From Vicugna vicugna (lineage: Eukaryota), in contig MU061579.1 in the NCBI GenBank assembly GCA_013265495.1, forward strand, positions 1,331,159 to 1,395,158: DNA of 64,000 nucleotides. The letters run 5' to 3'. Shown one piece after another: positions 40,386-52,705 of the stretch. Made by a program: the position numbers and the translations under genes. Every line of letters starts with the position of its first letter. Within the stretch, counting starts at the first letter, position 1. The notes below the pieces were generated by a model. That model was not told the DNA's origin. It searched no databases and was given only the letters and a program-made list of their open reading frames with translations.

Positions 40386-42461
40386 ATGAAACAGACTATT
40401 TCTCATGCAGAGTATTGCGAAAGTCAAACTTTATTGTTAATTCAATTACTGAGGACTGATTAAAATATACTTCTTCTGATATTGCCTGTTAAATAAATGA
40501 TATTCAATTAGTAATAAAGATATAATATCCCAAAGTAGCCATGTCATTGACAAAAGAGGAAATAAGAGAAAATGCAAATGATTAAAATAGAGATTCCTGA
40601 AAGAGACAATTTTCTTAAATTAATCTGTCAAGTTATATTTCATTTTAAGTGGGAAGGACTGGAGTAAATATCAAAAATCAATAAACAGTCTGTGGGTGCA
40701 ACACGCTTCCACAGACCAAATGCATTCAGCCTCAGCTTGGATTTTGACATATCTACACTTTTGAAAACTTTCATTGAGCTCATTTGAGCGTCCAACCTCT
40801 CCCTAATACTGTGTGGCGAAGGAGTGACTTCAAATGTTGAACAACATCAGCCGGACATCAACCAATCAGAATGGATGCCAGTCACCATCAGCTGATACAG
40901 CCCCACAGAAATATCCTGGCTGAATAAGAGACTGGCCAGGTGTCCCGTTAGCATGTTTGCAGAAACAGATATTACCCATGTAATCTGGATCTAAAGGTCA
41001 CTAACATTGCAACAGGAACCTGGGGAATTATAAATTATTTGTGCAAAATAATCATTACTGCTTCCCTATATGCATCATATTGGAGTAACGTTCAAAGATT
41101 ATCATCTAAACCTATACTATCTTGGATTAACATTACCATAACAAATGGCTAAATTAAGACTTTCCATTTAGATTAATGCCAAATGAGTTCCCCTCTGCAG
41201 ATTTTTATTTTGAATGTGTCTGTTTCTGGAAAACATTTGCAATGCTCTTCAATAGAATGCATTCAAGTGTTGAAAATATCTGGGCCTGTCAGTTCAGATC
41301 ATAATCTATTTACCCAGGTACATCAACGCACCTTACAACTAAGGACAGTTGGTCGTTACCACCACTACAGCAACCCTCTTAGCAGTTTCCCAGAACAATC
41401 CTTCATTCTCTCCCATCTGACTGTTGGCAGCCTCCGGAGGTTCACTTTTATTTGTCACATTAATTCAATCAGTCGGGCTTGACTGAAATAACTCACTCAA
41501 GTACTTTACTCCTCTGTCTCTGATTTAAGCAGACTCTGCCTTGTCTTGGTTAGAGTGCAGTTGGGCCCCAAACAGCCTTCTTTGAAGATGCGTTCATTTT
41601 CAGTTAAGCATGGTTCATACCTGCTCTATTATGCCTTCCACTGCATCTGTCCTTTCACACGTTTTAGAGCCTAACTGCTCTCCACAATTTGAAATCCAGG
41701 GAGAGGATTTCTGTAGGGATAATTTTTTTTTAATTATGTACAAGGCTTATAACAAAATAGTACTAAAATAAAGTTATAGCTACAAATGTCTAAAATTTTG
41801 TAAAATAATAAAATTAAACTCTAGTTCCTAAAAGCATGGCACAAATGAACAGTGCATGATGATTTTATAAAGTGGCTCAAAGCACTATAAAGTGTAAAAG
41901 TAGCAATAAATATAATCCTGCCTGTTAGTGATTCTGATAACAATTTGATATGCTATAATAGTCAACAGTTAACTAGCGATAATCTAGTGTTTCACCATCT
42001 TCACATCTGAAGATTCCTGTGAAATTCTTTAGATGGCCTGAATCTCACTAGAAATCATTACAAGAAAGTTTGAGCTGATTTATTACTTTTTTTTTTATAA
42101 ATTTCTATGAAGCAAGCATACACAATCAGAAATATTTCATCAACTATGTACCACAGTGATGTTGATACAATGATAGAGTTGATACGAGATCCTGATATAG
42201 AACTATGTCTCACTAGTCATTCTTTTTTTCCTTCAAGCACTTATTAGCAGCAATTAAGTTCAAAGACAGAACCGAGGTATTAGGGTATACAAGTTTGCAA
42301 AGAATAAACTCCCTGAGTTTAACCACTGTGCAGAATAATCCAAAATATAAATATTCAGCATAAGATAAAATAAAAGTACTAAGAAACAGCTGCTGTTCAA
42401 AAAATATTTTTGAGGCTTGTTGACTATGTATATCCTGTGTTAATTTATACAAATGAAATTT

Positions 42462-42980
42462 ATTGACAACTAACCATTTACTGAACACCAAATGAAGAAA
42501 TAAATACTTTTGACTTTAAGGAGATTACAGAAAAACCAAGAAAATGTCTGGTCACTATCAAAGCTTTTGAAAATAACTTTAAAACTGTTTTACCACATTG
42601 CTAAAAGTAATCATATAATGGCAAGACAGTATTTTAGGAGGGTACATACTATTGTCTTATTTTACCAAAATGCGAATGCACAAAAGTGACTTTAGAGGGT
42701 AGAAGTTAAAAAAAATTGTTATATAAATTGACAACTAACCATTTACTGAACACCAAATGAAGAAATAAATACTTTTGACTTTAAGGAGATTACAGAAAAA
42801 CCAAGAAAATGTCTGGTCACTATCAAAGCTTTTGAAAATAACTTTTACCACATTGCTAAAAGTAATCATATAATGGCAAGACAGTATTTTAGGAGGGTAC
42901 ATACTATTGTCTTATTTTACCAAAATGCGAATGCACAAAAGTGACTTTAGAGGGTAGAAGTTAAAAAAAATTGTTATATA
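42462..42980. repeat. Near-perfect tandem duplication (copy 1 42462-42725, copy 2 42727-42980)
   Basis: Both copies run attgacaactaacc...ttgttatata. The only difference I found is 10 nt (ttaaaactgt) present in copy 1 and absent in copy 2. Confidence 0.97.
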
Positions 42981-44057
42981 GCTTGATAATCTAGTCATTC
43001 ATTCAAGCATTTAACTGATATATATTCATCACCTCCTTTCAGCTGGTCATAATGTTCAACATGGCAGATTGAACAACTAAAGAAACGCAACAGCTTTTTC
43101 TTTCCAGATATTACACTATAAACTCAAACATACGTGTGAATTTGGTTGTATTGGGCAATAATCCTGAGGGTGGAAATTAAAACCAATATCAGATAACATT
43201 TGTGTTGTAGTAAGGTCAATGTATAAGGGGATACCAGGCTTCTCCCAACAATGCCCAACATGCTTTCTTTTATTATTTTTCTTTCTTTTTTCCTTTTTAA
43301 ATTTTTCCCCCTCTAATCTCTACTAAGTGGCATGTTCAGAGGCACTCATATCTGAGAGCCCCCTCCACACGATCTGTTATTGTCACATCTGTCCTTCACT
43401 CTGAAAGACTGAGATGGCTCTGTTTCTTCAAGAAATGTGACAAAAGCTCATTCTTATCTCAAGTTGGATAGCTATGAACTGACATTAATTATTCAAGAGT
43501 AGTGAGATCCAAGATTCATAAGTTTATTTAATGTAGAGTATATTTTACCTTGCTTTGTTTCTAAATCTTAAGATTCCTTTAGACAACGAGAAAAGTTTGC
43601 TTAGTGCTTAAGCCGAGATCAAAACGCATTATAATAAGATTTGGGGCTGACTTTCATCAACAGTAGAGTGATGCACATCCGAGTTAGTCTCTGACTACAG
43701 TGTGACTGCTGTAACTAATTTAATTAATATTTTATGTTCGTGCTAATCAACCTAGTGAGTTTGCCAATTCCAAGTATATTGCAACATATTATATTCCCTT
43801 TGCTTAACGATAAAGCAACAATGTAAATGGAATAAACAGACAGATGATGGGTAGATAGATATCTTAATTAAATCATGCATACATAAAACTTCAGGAATTT
43901 TCAGAAAGATCAAGTAAGAGGAAAAAAAGGTGAATTTACTTTTTTGTTTCAATTTCTGACTTCTGAAGAGTAAAAAGTTTTTTTTAATGTGGTTTAGTGC
44001 CAGAACAGTGATTATAAAATTACAGGAGTGAAGGTAAAGTAAGAAAATTAAGTCTCT

Positions 44058-44375
44058 GAGGAACAGAATGGCAAAGATCTTTGATAATTAGAACCAAAGT
44101 GTTTCCAAGTGGCCAGTTCAAATCCAGCTGATTTCAGCAGAGGCCAAGAGTGCATGATCTGATGGAAGTTCAATGTAATTCACGGAACAAAGACAAAGGA
44201 GTAGCCTTCCCTGGGGTGATCAGCGATCACATCTTCAAATCCACAACAGCAATTGGCAAACTCATTACCCAGCTCTAAAAAAGTTGGCAAGTATTAAAAT
44301 AGAAAAAGAGGGTGACCTATTGGACACAGTACAAAAGGAGATTGTTAGGGAAGTATTAGCTGCTCTGTTCTTCTC
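44058..44375 (+). mobile_element. LF-SINE-like ancient tRNA-derived SINE relic
   Basis: Intact B box GTTCAAATCC (44116-44125) plus agc. Then colinear blocks atctgatgg..gttc (44157), cacatc..aaatccac (44228), caattggca (44250) and gttggca (44283), in the order I recall for the LF-SINE consensus. Confidence 0.55.
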
Positions 44376-44912
44376 ATTCGTTTCCTCCAAGCTAAATTTG
44401 GTCCACTAATTTTCAAGCTGAACTGCATTTTCAGGACCATAAGGTAACAAAGAAAATGCTCCCTACCTCATCTCTTCAAGTAAAAGATCTCAATTAATCG
44501 AAATGTTTTATTGCCAACCTCACAGCTTACTATTATCAACACCCTTAATATTATTTCAGTCAAGATGGTATTGAAGTTCATGCTTTGAAGCCTTTCCTTG
44601 GTTCTGAACACATGGCAATGAGACATAAAACAATGAGACACTATAACAAAAAACAATGAAAGGTCACAGCTTTAGGAACAAAAGAAGTGTAACAACAACA
44701 GCAGAAACACACACAGGATGTTGAGCCTGGGTGAAAGTGTGTATTCTGTTGACTTAAACTTAGCCAAGGAAACTGGAGGTTCGGCTCATATGGGTAATGA
44801 GAGGAAAGGTGTTCTGTTTCTTTTGCTGATCAGGACTTTGATTTGGTACCCTCCTGCTCTAATAAGAAAGTTAATAAAAATAGCTGCTGCTACAAACACT
44901 GATTTTATATAT

Positions 44913-45032
44913 ATAGGCCGGGGGAGGTGATTAGGTTTTTATTTATTTATTTTTAGTAGAAGTACTGGAGATTGAACCCAGGACCTTGTGCATGTTAGGC
45001 ACATATCTACCACTGAGCTATACCCTCTCCCC
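44913..45032 (-). mobile_element. tRNA-derived SINE, camelid vic-1 type, with TSD
   Basis: Reverse complement is GGGGAGAGGGTATAGCTCAGTGGTAGATATGTGCCTAACATGCACAAGGTCCTGGGTTCAATCTCCAGTACTTCTACT...AATAAATAAAAACCTAATCACCTCCCC. TSD attttatatat at 44902-44912 and 45036-45046. Confidence 0.9.
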
Positions 45033-48000
45033 TGAATTTTATATATGAAAGGAAGCAGAAAACAGAGGTATAAATCAGAGACTAAAATTTGAACCAAGAT
45101 TTTGTTACTATAGCTCTGTTTCCCTAATGTAATTGTTAAACAGACATTCGAAGATGCCATTATAAGACCTAATATTAGACAGAGCCCCAAAGGTGTCTGA
45201 TAAAAGAGAATTAGTCAGAAAATCTGAGATCTCAGGAAAAAAATAAGAGACAGAGAGACAGAGAGAGATTCTAAAACAAGTGAAGAAAATTGGTCCTAAG
45301 ATGGGTATCCAATAAACTCAAAACCTCGGAGCTGAATTTACTGCTTTTGAATTAAAATAATAAAATAATCTAAAGAGAGTTAAATATAAGTGTAATAAGA
45401 CAAAGTAAAAAAGTCAAATAATGGAATACATCCATAAAATAAAGTGTCTAAAAAACTCAGTGAAATAAATAAAAGCTATTTAAGTATGGAGAATCATTAA
45501 CTCAAATCTAACTCAAAAAGATACAGACAGAAAAAAAATAACTAATTAGAAACACACACACATACTCACACTCACATACACAGGACTGGCTAGGACCCAG
45601 CACTGCCACAAAGTGTTCTGAACAATTAGCTTGGCAGTAGTAGAAGAGGGGTTCTGACGGGTTAGTGGGGACTGTGACATTCCAAGAGGGAAGCATAATT
45701 ACCATTAGTATTCTCTTCTACTGAATTCTTTAAGTTAAGAAAAAAACAAATCTAATGAAGTAATTTTAGATATAAAAGATACATGTTTGGCATAATAGCA
45801 ACATCAGTGCATCACCAAATTGCCACAACAAATACTGTTTAAAAGAAAATACACTGTTGGCCTATATGGTTTCTTTGATAAGATGAAGATTTAATAAAGA
45901 TTTCAAAACAGCAAGAATTGTTTGTCTTCTATGAAAGATGTGCTTCCATTATAGATTCCAACTGGAAAACAAATGGAGAAAAAAGAGGCATTTTGAAACC
46001 AATGGGGTGGATATATTTATAAATGATACACCATGAAGATTCAAAATGAGCAAAAATTAAATATGTGAAGAGAAAGATAGAAAGGGAAATGAGAATTGTG
46101 AGGAATAATGAAAACATTTTGTCTCCAAACATTGTTTAGTGTAGTAACAATTAGCTTAGCAATAAAATATTTTGTAAATATGCTAGTTTGCACTTAGAAA
46201 TAGGGAAACGTATCATTTCAGACTGATTTTTTTCTTGTCATTTAACAGAAAGAAAATAGTGCCCCTTTTAACTAGGAGCTCATTCATTTCAGTGATGGCT
46301 TTAATGATAGTTAATCATGGTAATGACAGTGGCTGATGTAACCACTCATGATTAGTTCAGGCTGGCTTTTGTGTATATTTAAAGCAAAAGATAGCTTTTT
46401 TTCCCAGGGATTTCAATTATTTCTGCTCTATTTCCTCTCCTAAATTAAAACGTAACATTTAACACACACATATTACTTCCACATATCTACATATTGAAGG
46501 ATATAGCTTTGCAAGGTGTTAAGTACATTTTTCTGAGTTAAAAAGACATGGTTATTAGTGAATTCTAAGATTTTACAAAGTCAATTTCTTCTATCAACAT
46601 ATTCCCAGATGCTTCTCACCTGCAACCACCTACTATGCTATACGGTGACTTTCTTTCCTTGCTTTTTTTTTTTAACATTTAAGAAAATAACAGTGCATTA
46701 TCAATTAGTTTAAATAGAATCTGGAATGATCACAGCATTAAAAAGTGAATAAACCAACCAATAACCAGTGGTAGCAACCTAATTATCCATTAAAGCTATT
46801 TCCAAATGTACTAAGAGGGAGTAATATTGACTTTTTAAAATTTAACTTTATTTATGATTCTAGCAGAAGAATTTTTAAACTGCAAATTATTTTCAGAGTG
46901 ATTTTCCCAAATTGTGTCCTCATGAAAGCCATCAGAAACCTATATATCATATATATCCTATAATTAATAAAATGGACCTTAATTGCTTTAGTTATTAATT
47001 GAAGTTTTGGATTAGGGGAGAAGCAGCTAAGATCATTTCTCTATTCAGAGAGATATATTCTGGAATTATTTTATATCTATGGACTTAATTCTTGCTAAGG
47101 GAAAAATAATTAGCTTCTATATTTAATTTTCATTCTACAAGTATCCTTTTCCCCTCCCCCCCCAATGAGAAACTGAGATGAACAGGGTTCAGCTTTGGGA
47201 AGCCCTCTTCTAACTAAAGTGAGAGTGATTGAGTCTAGAGTAAGAAAAAGTTTCTTTTTTACCTCTAGAACATTAGAAATTTATCATATCATATAAATAT
47301 ATAATATGTGATGTGAAAATATAAATAGACAAGTTATATGTAGCCAGAGATGAATATTTAATTGATAAAGGCATTTCTTGATGTTTGTCGTATGTTCCAA
47401 GATAATACACTTCAAAATGACGTCTTTGTTTTCATACTAATTATATCTTTAAAACCTTTGGGAGTGCTAGAACTATAGAATAACTAGAAATGTTCTTCTC
47501 ATATACTTCACATATGTCAAAAGAATTTTAAAATCTTTAGACTAAAATGTGGTTAAATGCTAGGATGCCACTTTTAGTTCTTAGATACATGTGTAAGCAG
47601 ATCGCTGCAAACTTTCTCTTTATTTCCACTCTCTTGCCTGCCAATTATTTAACAAATATTTTACTTTGGTTTTCAACCATACAGTTAGCTCTCTAAGTAA
47701 CATACACCTGCAAAACAAAGTACTCTTCTCTGCTAAGTAAAATACTAGACAGAGTGCATCTGTGTTGAGAGTTCCAAAGGATGAAACATAATATATTGTC
47801 ATTACATACATTTCCAAATGATTTTGACAGTAATAACAACATTCAACATATTTTTAACTACAATCAAAAGATAATTTATAGATACATTAAAAATCATGAA
47901 AAATGTTTTCTCTTATTTCATAATTCCCAGTGCATTTAAAAGTTTTGTATCAGCTCACAGAATATAATTTCAAACTATTATACCTCTATTCTGCATTTCT

Positions 48001-48829
48001 TATTTTGTTATAAGTATCATGCTTTTGATGTCTGTGACTTTGTGCTTTGATGAAAAATATGCTTTAATATCTGATATTACATCTACAGTTGGGAAGCCTA
48101 AAATAAGTGTGACAAAAACATGAAAAATATGTAATAAGCATTCACATATACATTTATTTCAAGGATGAATAAAAATATAGAAAAAGAACGGGTATTGAAT
48201 TGACCATACCTGGCAATAATGTGGATTATCTGTGAAATATGCTTGAAACAACTGCTTTTCACCAGGAAACAGAAAGAAAAGAAGGTATCTAATTTGACAC
48301 TGCATAGCAAAACTGTTTCATAAATGTGAAGAGTTAAGATGAAACTCAGAGATGAAGAGGAAAGATTTAGCACAAACAAAAAGATTTAGACCACAAAATG
48401 GCAAGCTTGAAGATACAGGTCGCGTTTGAGTGGGGCTGAGAGGCTGCGCACAGATGAAGGCAGAAGGTGAATAGCTTTGTTCACCAGAGTTGATGCCAGT
48501 ATTTGATCCAGGGGGCATCAGGGAAGCACTGAAAGGCCTGAGTAAAGGAATACATGGTTAGAGCTGCTGGAATTGAAAGGCGTTTAGATGTACAAGAGCA
48601 AACACTGTGGATTGGTCCTGTTTGAATTGATCAGGAGCAGGAGTCAGGATTTAGCAGCAGAAATAAAATGGGTAAATTGGAACAAAGATGAGAATACAAG
48701 GAAAAGATAAGATTAAGAGGAATCCTGAACAGCACATCCTAGGAGGTAGAAAAGATGAAGGAATATAGGAATTTGTCACATTACTTTCAATACGTGCATT
48801 TGTGTTACCACCTGGCACGAGTTGTCCGA

Positions 48830-49025
48830 GGTAGAATGTGATAGGGCAGAAACATGTGAGCTTTTTTCCACGTCATGCTTAATTTTGATTCCAATTTTTC
48901 CTGTGAATGGCTCTCTTCATTAGGCAAATTAATTAATTTCTTTCAATTTGAGTTTTCTCATCTGTTAAATGTGAGTAGTATTATAGTTGACATTACATGT
49001 CTCAATCTGCTTTGTAAGATACAAC
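48830..49025 (+). mobile_element. MIR fragment
   Basis: taggcaaattaattaatttctttcaatttgagttttctcatctgttaaatg. Confidence 0.55.
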
Positions 49026-49989
49026 TGAATTCAACTTATTATTAGCTTATTATCCTTATGCCAACTGAAAAATGATACTACGAATATTTGCAATTATTAC
49101 AAGAGACTTTAAATTCTAGTTTAGACCAAAATCAGGAGTCTGTATGTGCACATATCTGCCTATAAGAGTTCTGATTAATTTACACACATTGTCTAGTTTT
49201 ATATATGTAATAAAATTGTCACAAATCCATTGAGGCATGGACACTGGAGACTTCCATAAGGAACAAAAGTCACCAACCCAAATTCGACCCAATAAGCAGT
49301 ACCATGATAAAAAATGCAGGATCAAATTTGAGGTCGTTTATGGGCTTATTTCTATTTTATTGTGTTTATTTTCTTTTAAAAAGTCCTTAAAGAAAGCCTC
49401 AGCACATGGAGCTCCCTGATTAAAGAGAGAGTGGAAGTATTGAGACATTTGCATTCCTGTGTCCGGGGCCCTGCATCCCTGGGGGCAGCACCCTTAGGAC
49501 CCTCTTTCGGTACCATGGAGAGAAAGTGCTTCATGGCATTAGAGGAACATCTCAGCAATGTTTACAATTGTATTAATCTGAGAGCCATTTCTTCTTTTCC
49601 ATTTCTCCCCTCTTTGTCAGGTATGTACACTCTATTTCTGTGGATGCCACTCATCCATGAATGAATATTTATTGAACCTTATAAATGTTCCCAGTGCAGT
49701 ATGAATGATCTCCTGCAGACTTATTTTCCACTTTCTTATCTCATCAGGCACGTGAGTCTTCTCTGAGGAACCCTCTTGTCCTGAAATCTTTATGATCAGA
49801 ACTTATGACCTTCTCTGGTTCATGTTCCAATTACACACTTCTGAACTCCACAATTGTCAACATCTTAATATTTTCCTGAAAAATAAATTAGCAAAGCCTG
49901 TTTACTGCTCTATCTGTCCCTCTTATGATATGTGCTTTTTGTAGCTCTCTTAACTTCCACTCATGGACAAGCTGTTCAAATGGGCCCTT

Positions 49990-50900
49990 TCCTACTCAAC
50001 CTATTCATTATGAATGTTCTTGTGAAGAGCATTAATCACTGCCAAATTGCCAAATCCATGTCCCCTTTTCGGTTCTAATCACCCCTGAAGTTTTTGACAT
50101 ATTTGTCGTTTTCATCCGTCCTCTCTCCTTAAATCTTGCCTTCATCAATTTCCATGACCCCATATTCTTCTACATTTTTATCTACCTTTTAAACAAAATT
50201 ATTCTCGGTGTCCATTTCAAGTTTTCTCCCTGATTCCATAGGAAAATGTTGGTGTTACTCATTTGTTCTTAGTCATCTTATCTGCTCACCTGTGTTATCT
50301 CCTATAGCCATAGTATTTTGATTTTTATACCAATAATTACTTTTAAATTCTTACCCTTATAAAATTATCTTCTGATAGTTAGGCTTTTCTAACTTTTTAT
50401 TGAAATTATATTTGTGCTTTCTATAAGTACATCAAATTCAACATACATAAAGTTAATCTTTTTCCCAAAACTTTTACTATTTTTTAGTTAATACTTTCGC
50501 TTAGTGATTGAAGTTAAATACCTAGGAAATAAGTTTTATTTTTCACTCTCACCTACCTTTCTAATTGATGCTACAATCTCCATAAAGTTCTGATGTTTCT
50601 TTTCCTTAAACACATATGAACTCTCTCTCTCCCATCCTTTACTTCTCCGTGTCCACAAAATTGTCATAGTTCTCATGATCCATCACTAAGAATTTTGCAC
50701 TAATCTTAATACATATTTTTGTTCTATTGAATTGATTTGTTTCCAAGTTTAGCATCCTTTCTCTGGTTGTAAATCCTTCTATTTAAACTACACTGCTGCC
50801 ATAGGATCAAGTTCTCCCTCTGGATTTAAACTGTCAATTGACAGATGTCAATATTCCTGAACAAAATAATTTTAGTATGACATACCAAATGCTTGGATAT
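49990..50900 (+). mobile_element. L2 LINE ORF2/3' fragment (decayed)
   Basis: Pyrimidine-rich sense L2 motifs: ttgccaaatcca, ttccatgaccccatattcttct, catcaaattcaacatacataaag and cacactgctgcc. Confidence 0.55.
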
Positions 50901-52534
50901 CTCTGTTAAAAACTTACAGTCTTTTTAAAAAATTCAGTATCTATTCAGGTAAAGATATGTTATATGAGTTAATTTTCCAAGATTTCTATTAGAAATAGTT
51001 TACCAGATTCCAGAGTTTAAACTCTTTTCAGTTCACAGTTAAGGGGGCAAAAACATTCTCTTATGGTTGGATTCAATAAAAATGTTTAATTTCTGTGCCG
51101 CAGACTCTTTCCCACCCCAAAATATGTCAACACACACTCTGCTTTCTGTGCCTCAGGCACCAAACATGAATTTATTTATTAAATCTACATTTAAGTCCTA
51201 GGTGAGTATCACTGAATGAAGTAATGTGAGTAACTAGTATTTTTTTTTAAACCTTAAGAAAAAACTCCTGTAGCCTTGTACCATAAATGTGTGTCCTTCT
51301 GATTATGTCCATTTTAATAATTTGTTTTTTGCGTTTATTTTCAAAGAGCCAGAAAATAGTCATCTGTCCTAACATACTGAGGTATCTGTTTTAGAGGGTG
51401 ATGACTTCTTGTACTAATTATCAGTTTGGTATGAGCAAATGAAGCTGTACCATATCTGATGTACTTATGGGTTATAGCCTTAAAGGGCCTATTTCCTTTC
51501 CATTATAATCATCAACTTGGCCTATAATGAACCAGAACGAGAGAGCAAAGTTTGTATGGACACATTTATCTTAATCATGAAGTTGTTATAACTAGATCAT
51601 TTAATATGGATGCATTCTCTGCCTCAGTGATAACTGAGCAAAGATATTTCTGGAGGATTTCATTGTGTAGTAGGTATGTGTGTAATGGAAGGATTCACCC
51701 AGGAAACATCTTCTAGTTCACAAGCCCTACCCAAAGCTCACAACACTGAGAGTCTGTTAGGGACACAACCATTCCTACCTTGCTCCTTCCACCCTCAGTC
51801 TTGCACTAGCAGAACTCAATCTCAGGGTAAAAATGTAAGCATATTATGTACAAATGATTGGCTAGTGATGCTGAAATCATACAACCAACTGAAAAGATCT
51901 TTATGGCATGTATCTGAAATATACAGACACAGACACTGTAAAGGCGATCAGTAAGGCAATGGAATAAAGATTATGGAGGTAAAGACATAGAACACATGCT
52001 GCTGGGGTTAAACCTGAGAAGAACACGGTTATTCATAGGTGTTAGAAAATTCAAAGAAAATTGCTTAGATGGCTAACTTTCAGCTGATTACAAAAAGTTG
52101 CTTTTTTAGCAGTAACCAAAGTAAGAATTTTAAAGTATTTTTTCTTAGGGTAAGGACATTTTATATTGTTCATTTCCAAATCAGAATTCAGAACCTGGCA
52201 TAAAACACTTAGAAAATGTGTCCTGAATTAAAATTAAATTGATTTTGCACGCTATTAAAATTTCTCAAGGGTATGGGGACCTGTTACAGGAAAAATCAGG
52301 CCCTGCACAGTTTCTTATAATATTTGAAGTGACTCAAATTTCCTATTCAAGTTTCAAAAATATTAATCCATAATATGAATGAGTTAATTTTAATATATGT
52401 TGACCACCAAAGCAAGGAATTATCATAGATAGTTTTAAGAACATATTTTCATAATGTGAGAAATTATTTGAGACCTTCTGTGTAACTTATTTTCCTTCTT
52501 TTTAAACTAAATATAAAATTGTGAATGAACTACT

Positions 52535-52705
52535 TTCTTTGAGGAGTAGTCACTGGGATGAGTACAAGGGATGTTTCTGTGAAGCATCTCAAGGTCTACC
52601 TCTTAATATGGGTGAAGATTACACTAGTGTTTTCATGTTGTAAAAATTTAGTGACCTGTATATTTGTAATTTGTGTGCTTTATATGTTTGTTATGTGAAT
52701 AAATC
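52535..52705 (+). mobile_element. L1ME-type 3' end fragment
   Basis: actgggatgagtacaagggatgtttctg...tcttaatatgggtgaagattacactagtgt...tgtaaaaattt. Confidence 0.55.

Noticed and set aside
41621..41710. 90-nt minus-strand open exon-like unit (KSSPWISNCGEQLGSKTCERTDAVEGIIEQ) with CAG|gtatga donor
   Set aside because: The acceptor lacks a pyrimidine tract (A-rich upstream) and I do not recognise the peptide.
44913..45032. tRNA gene
   Set aside because: The tRNA-like head carries a SINE tail and a TSD, so it is a retroposed SINE. The copy at 3499-3601 has the same head and tail.
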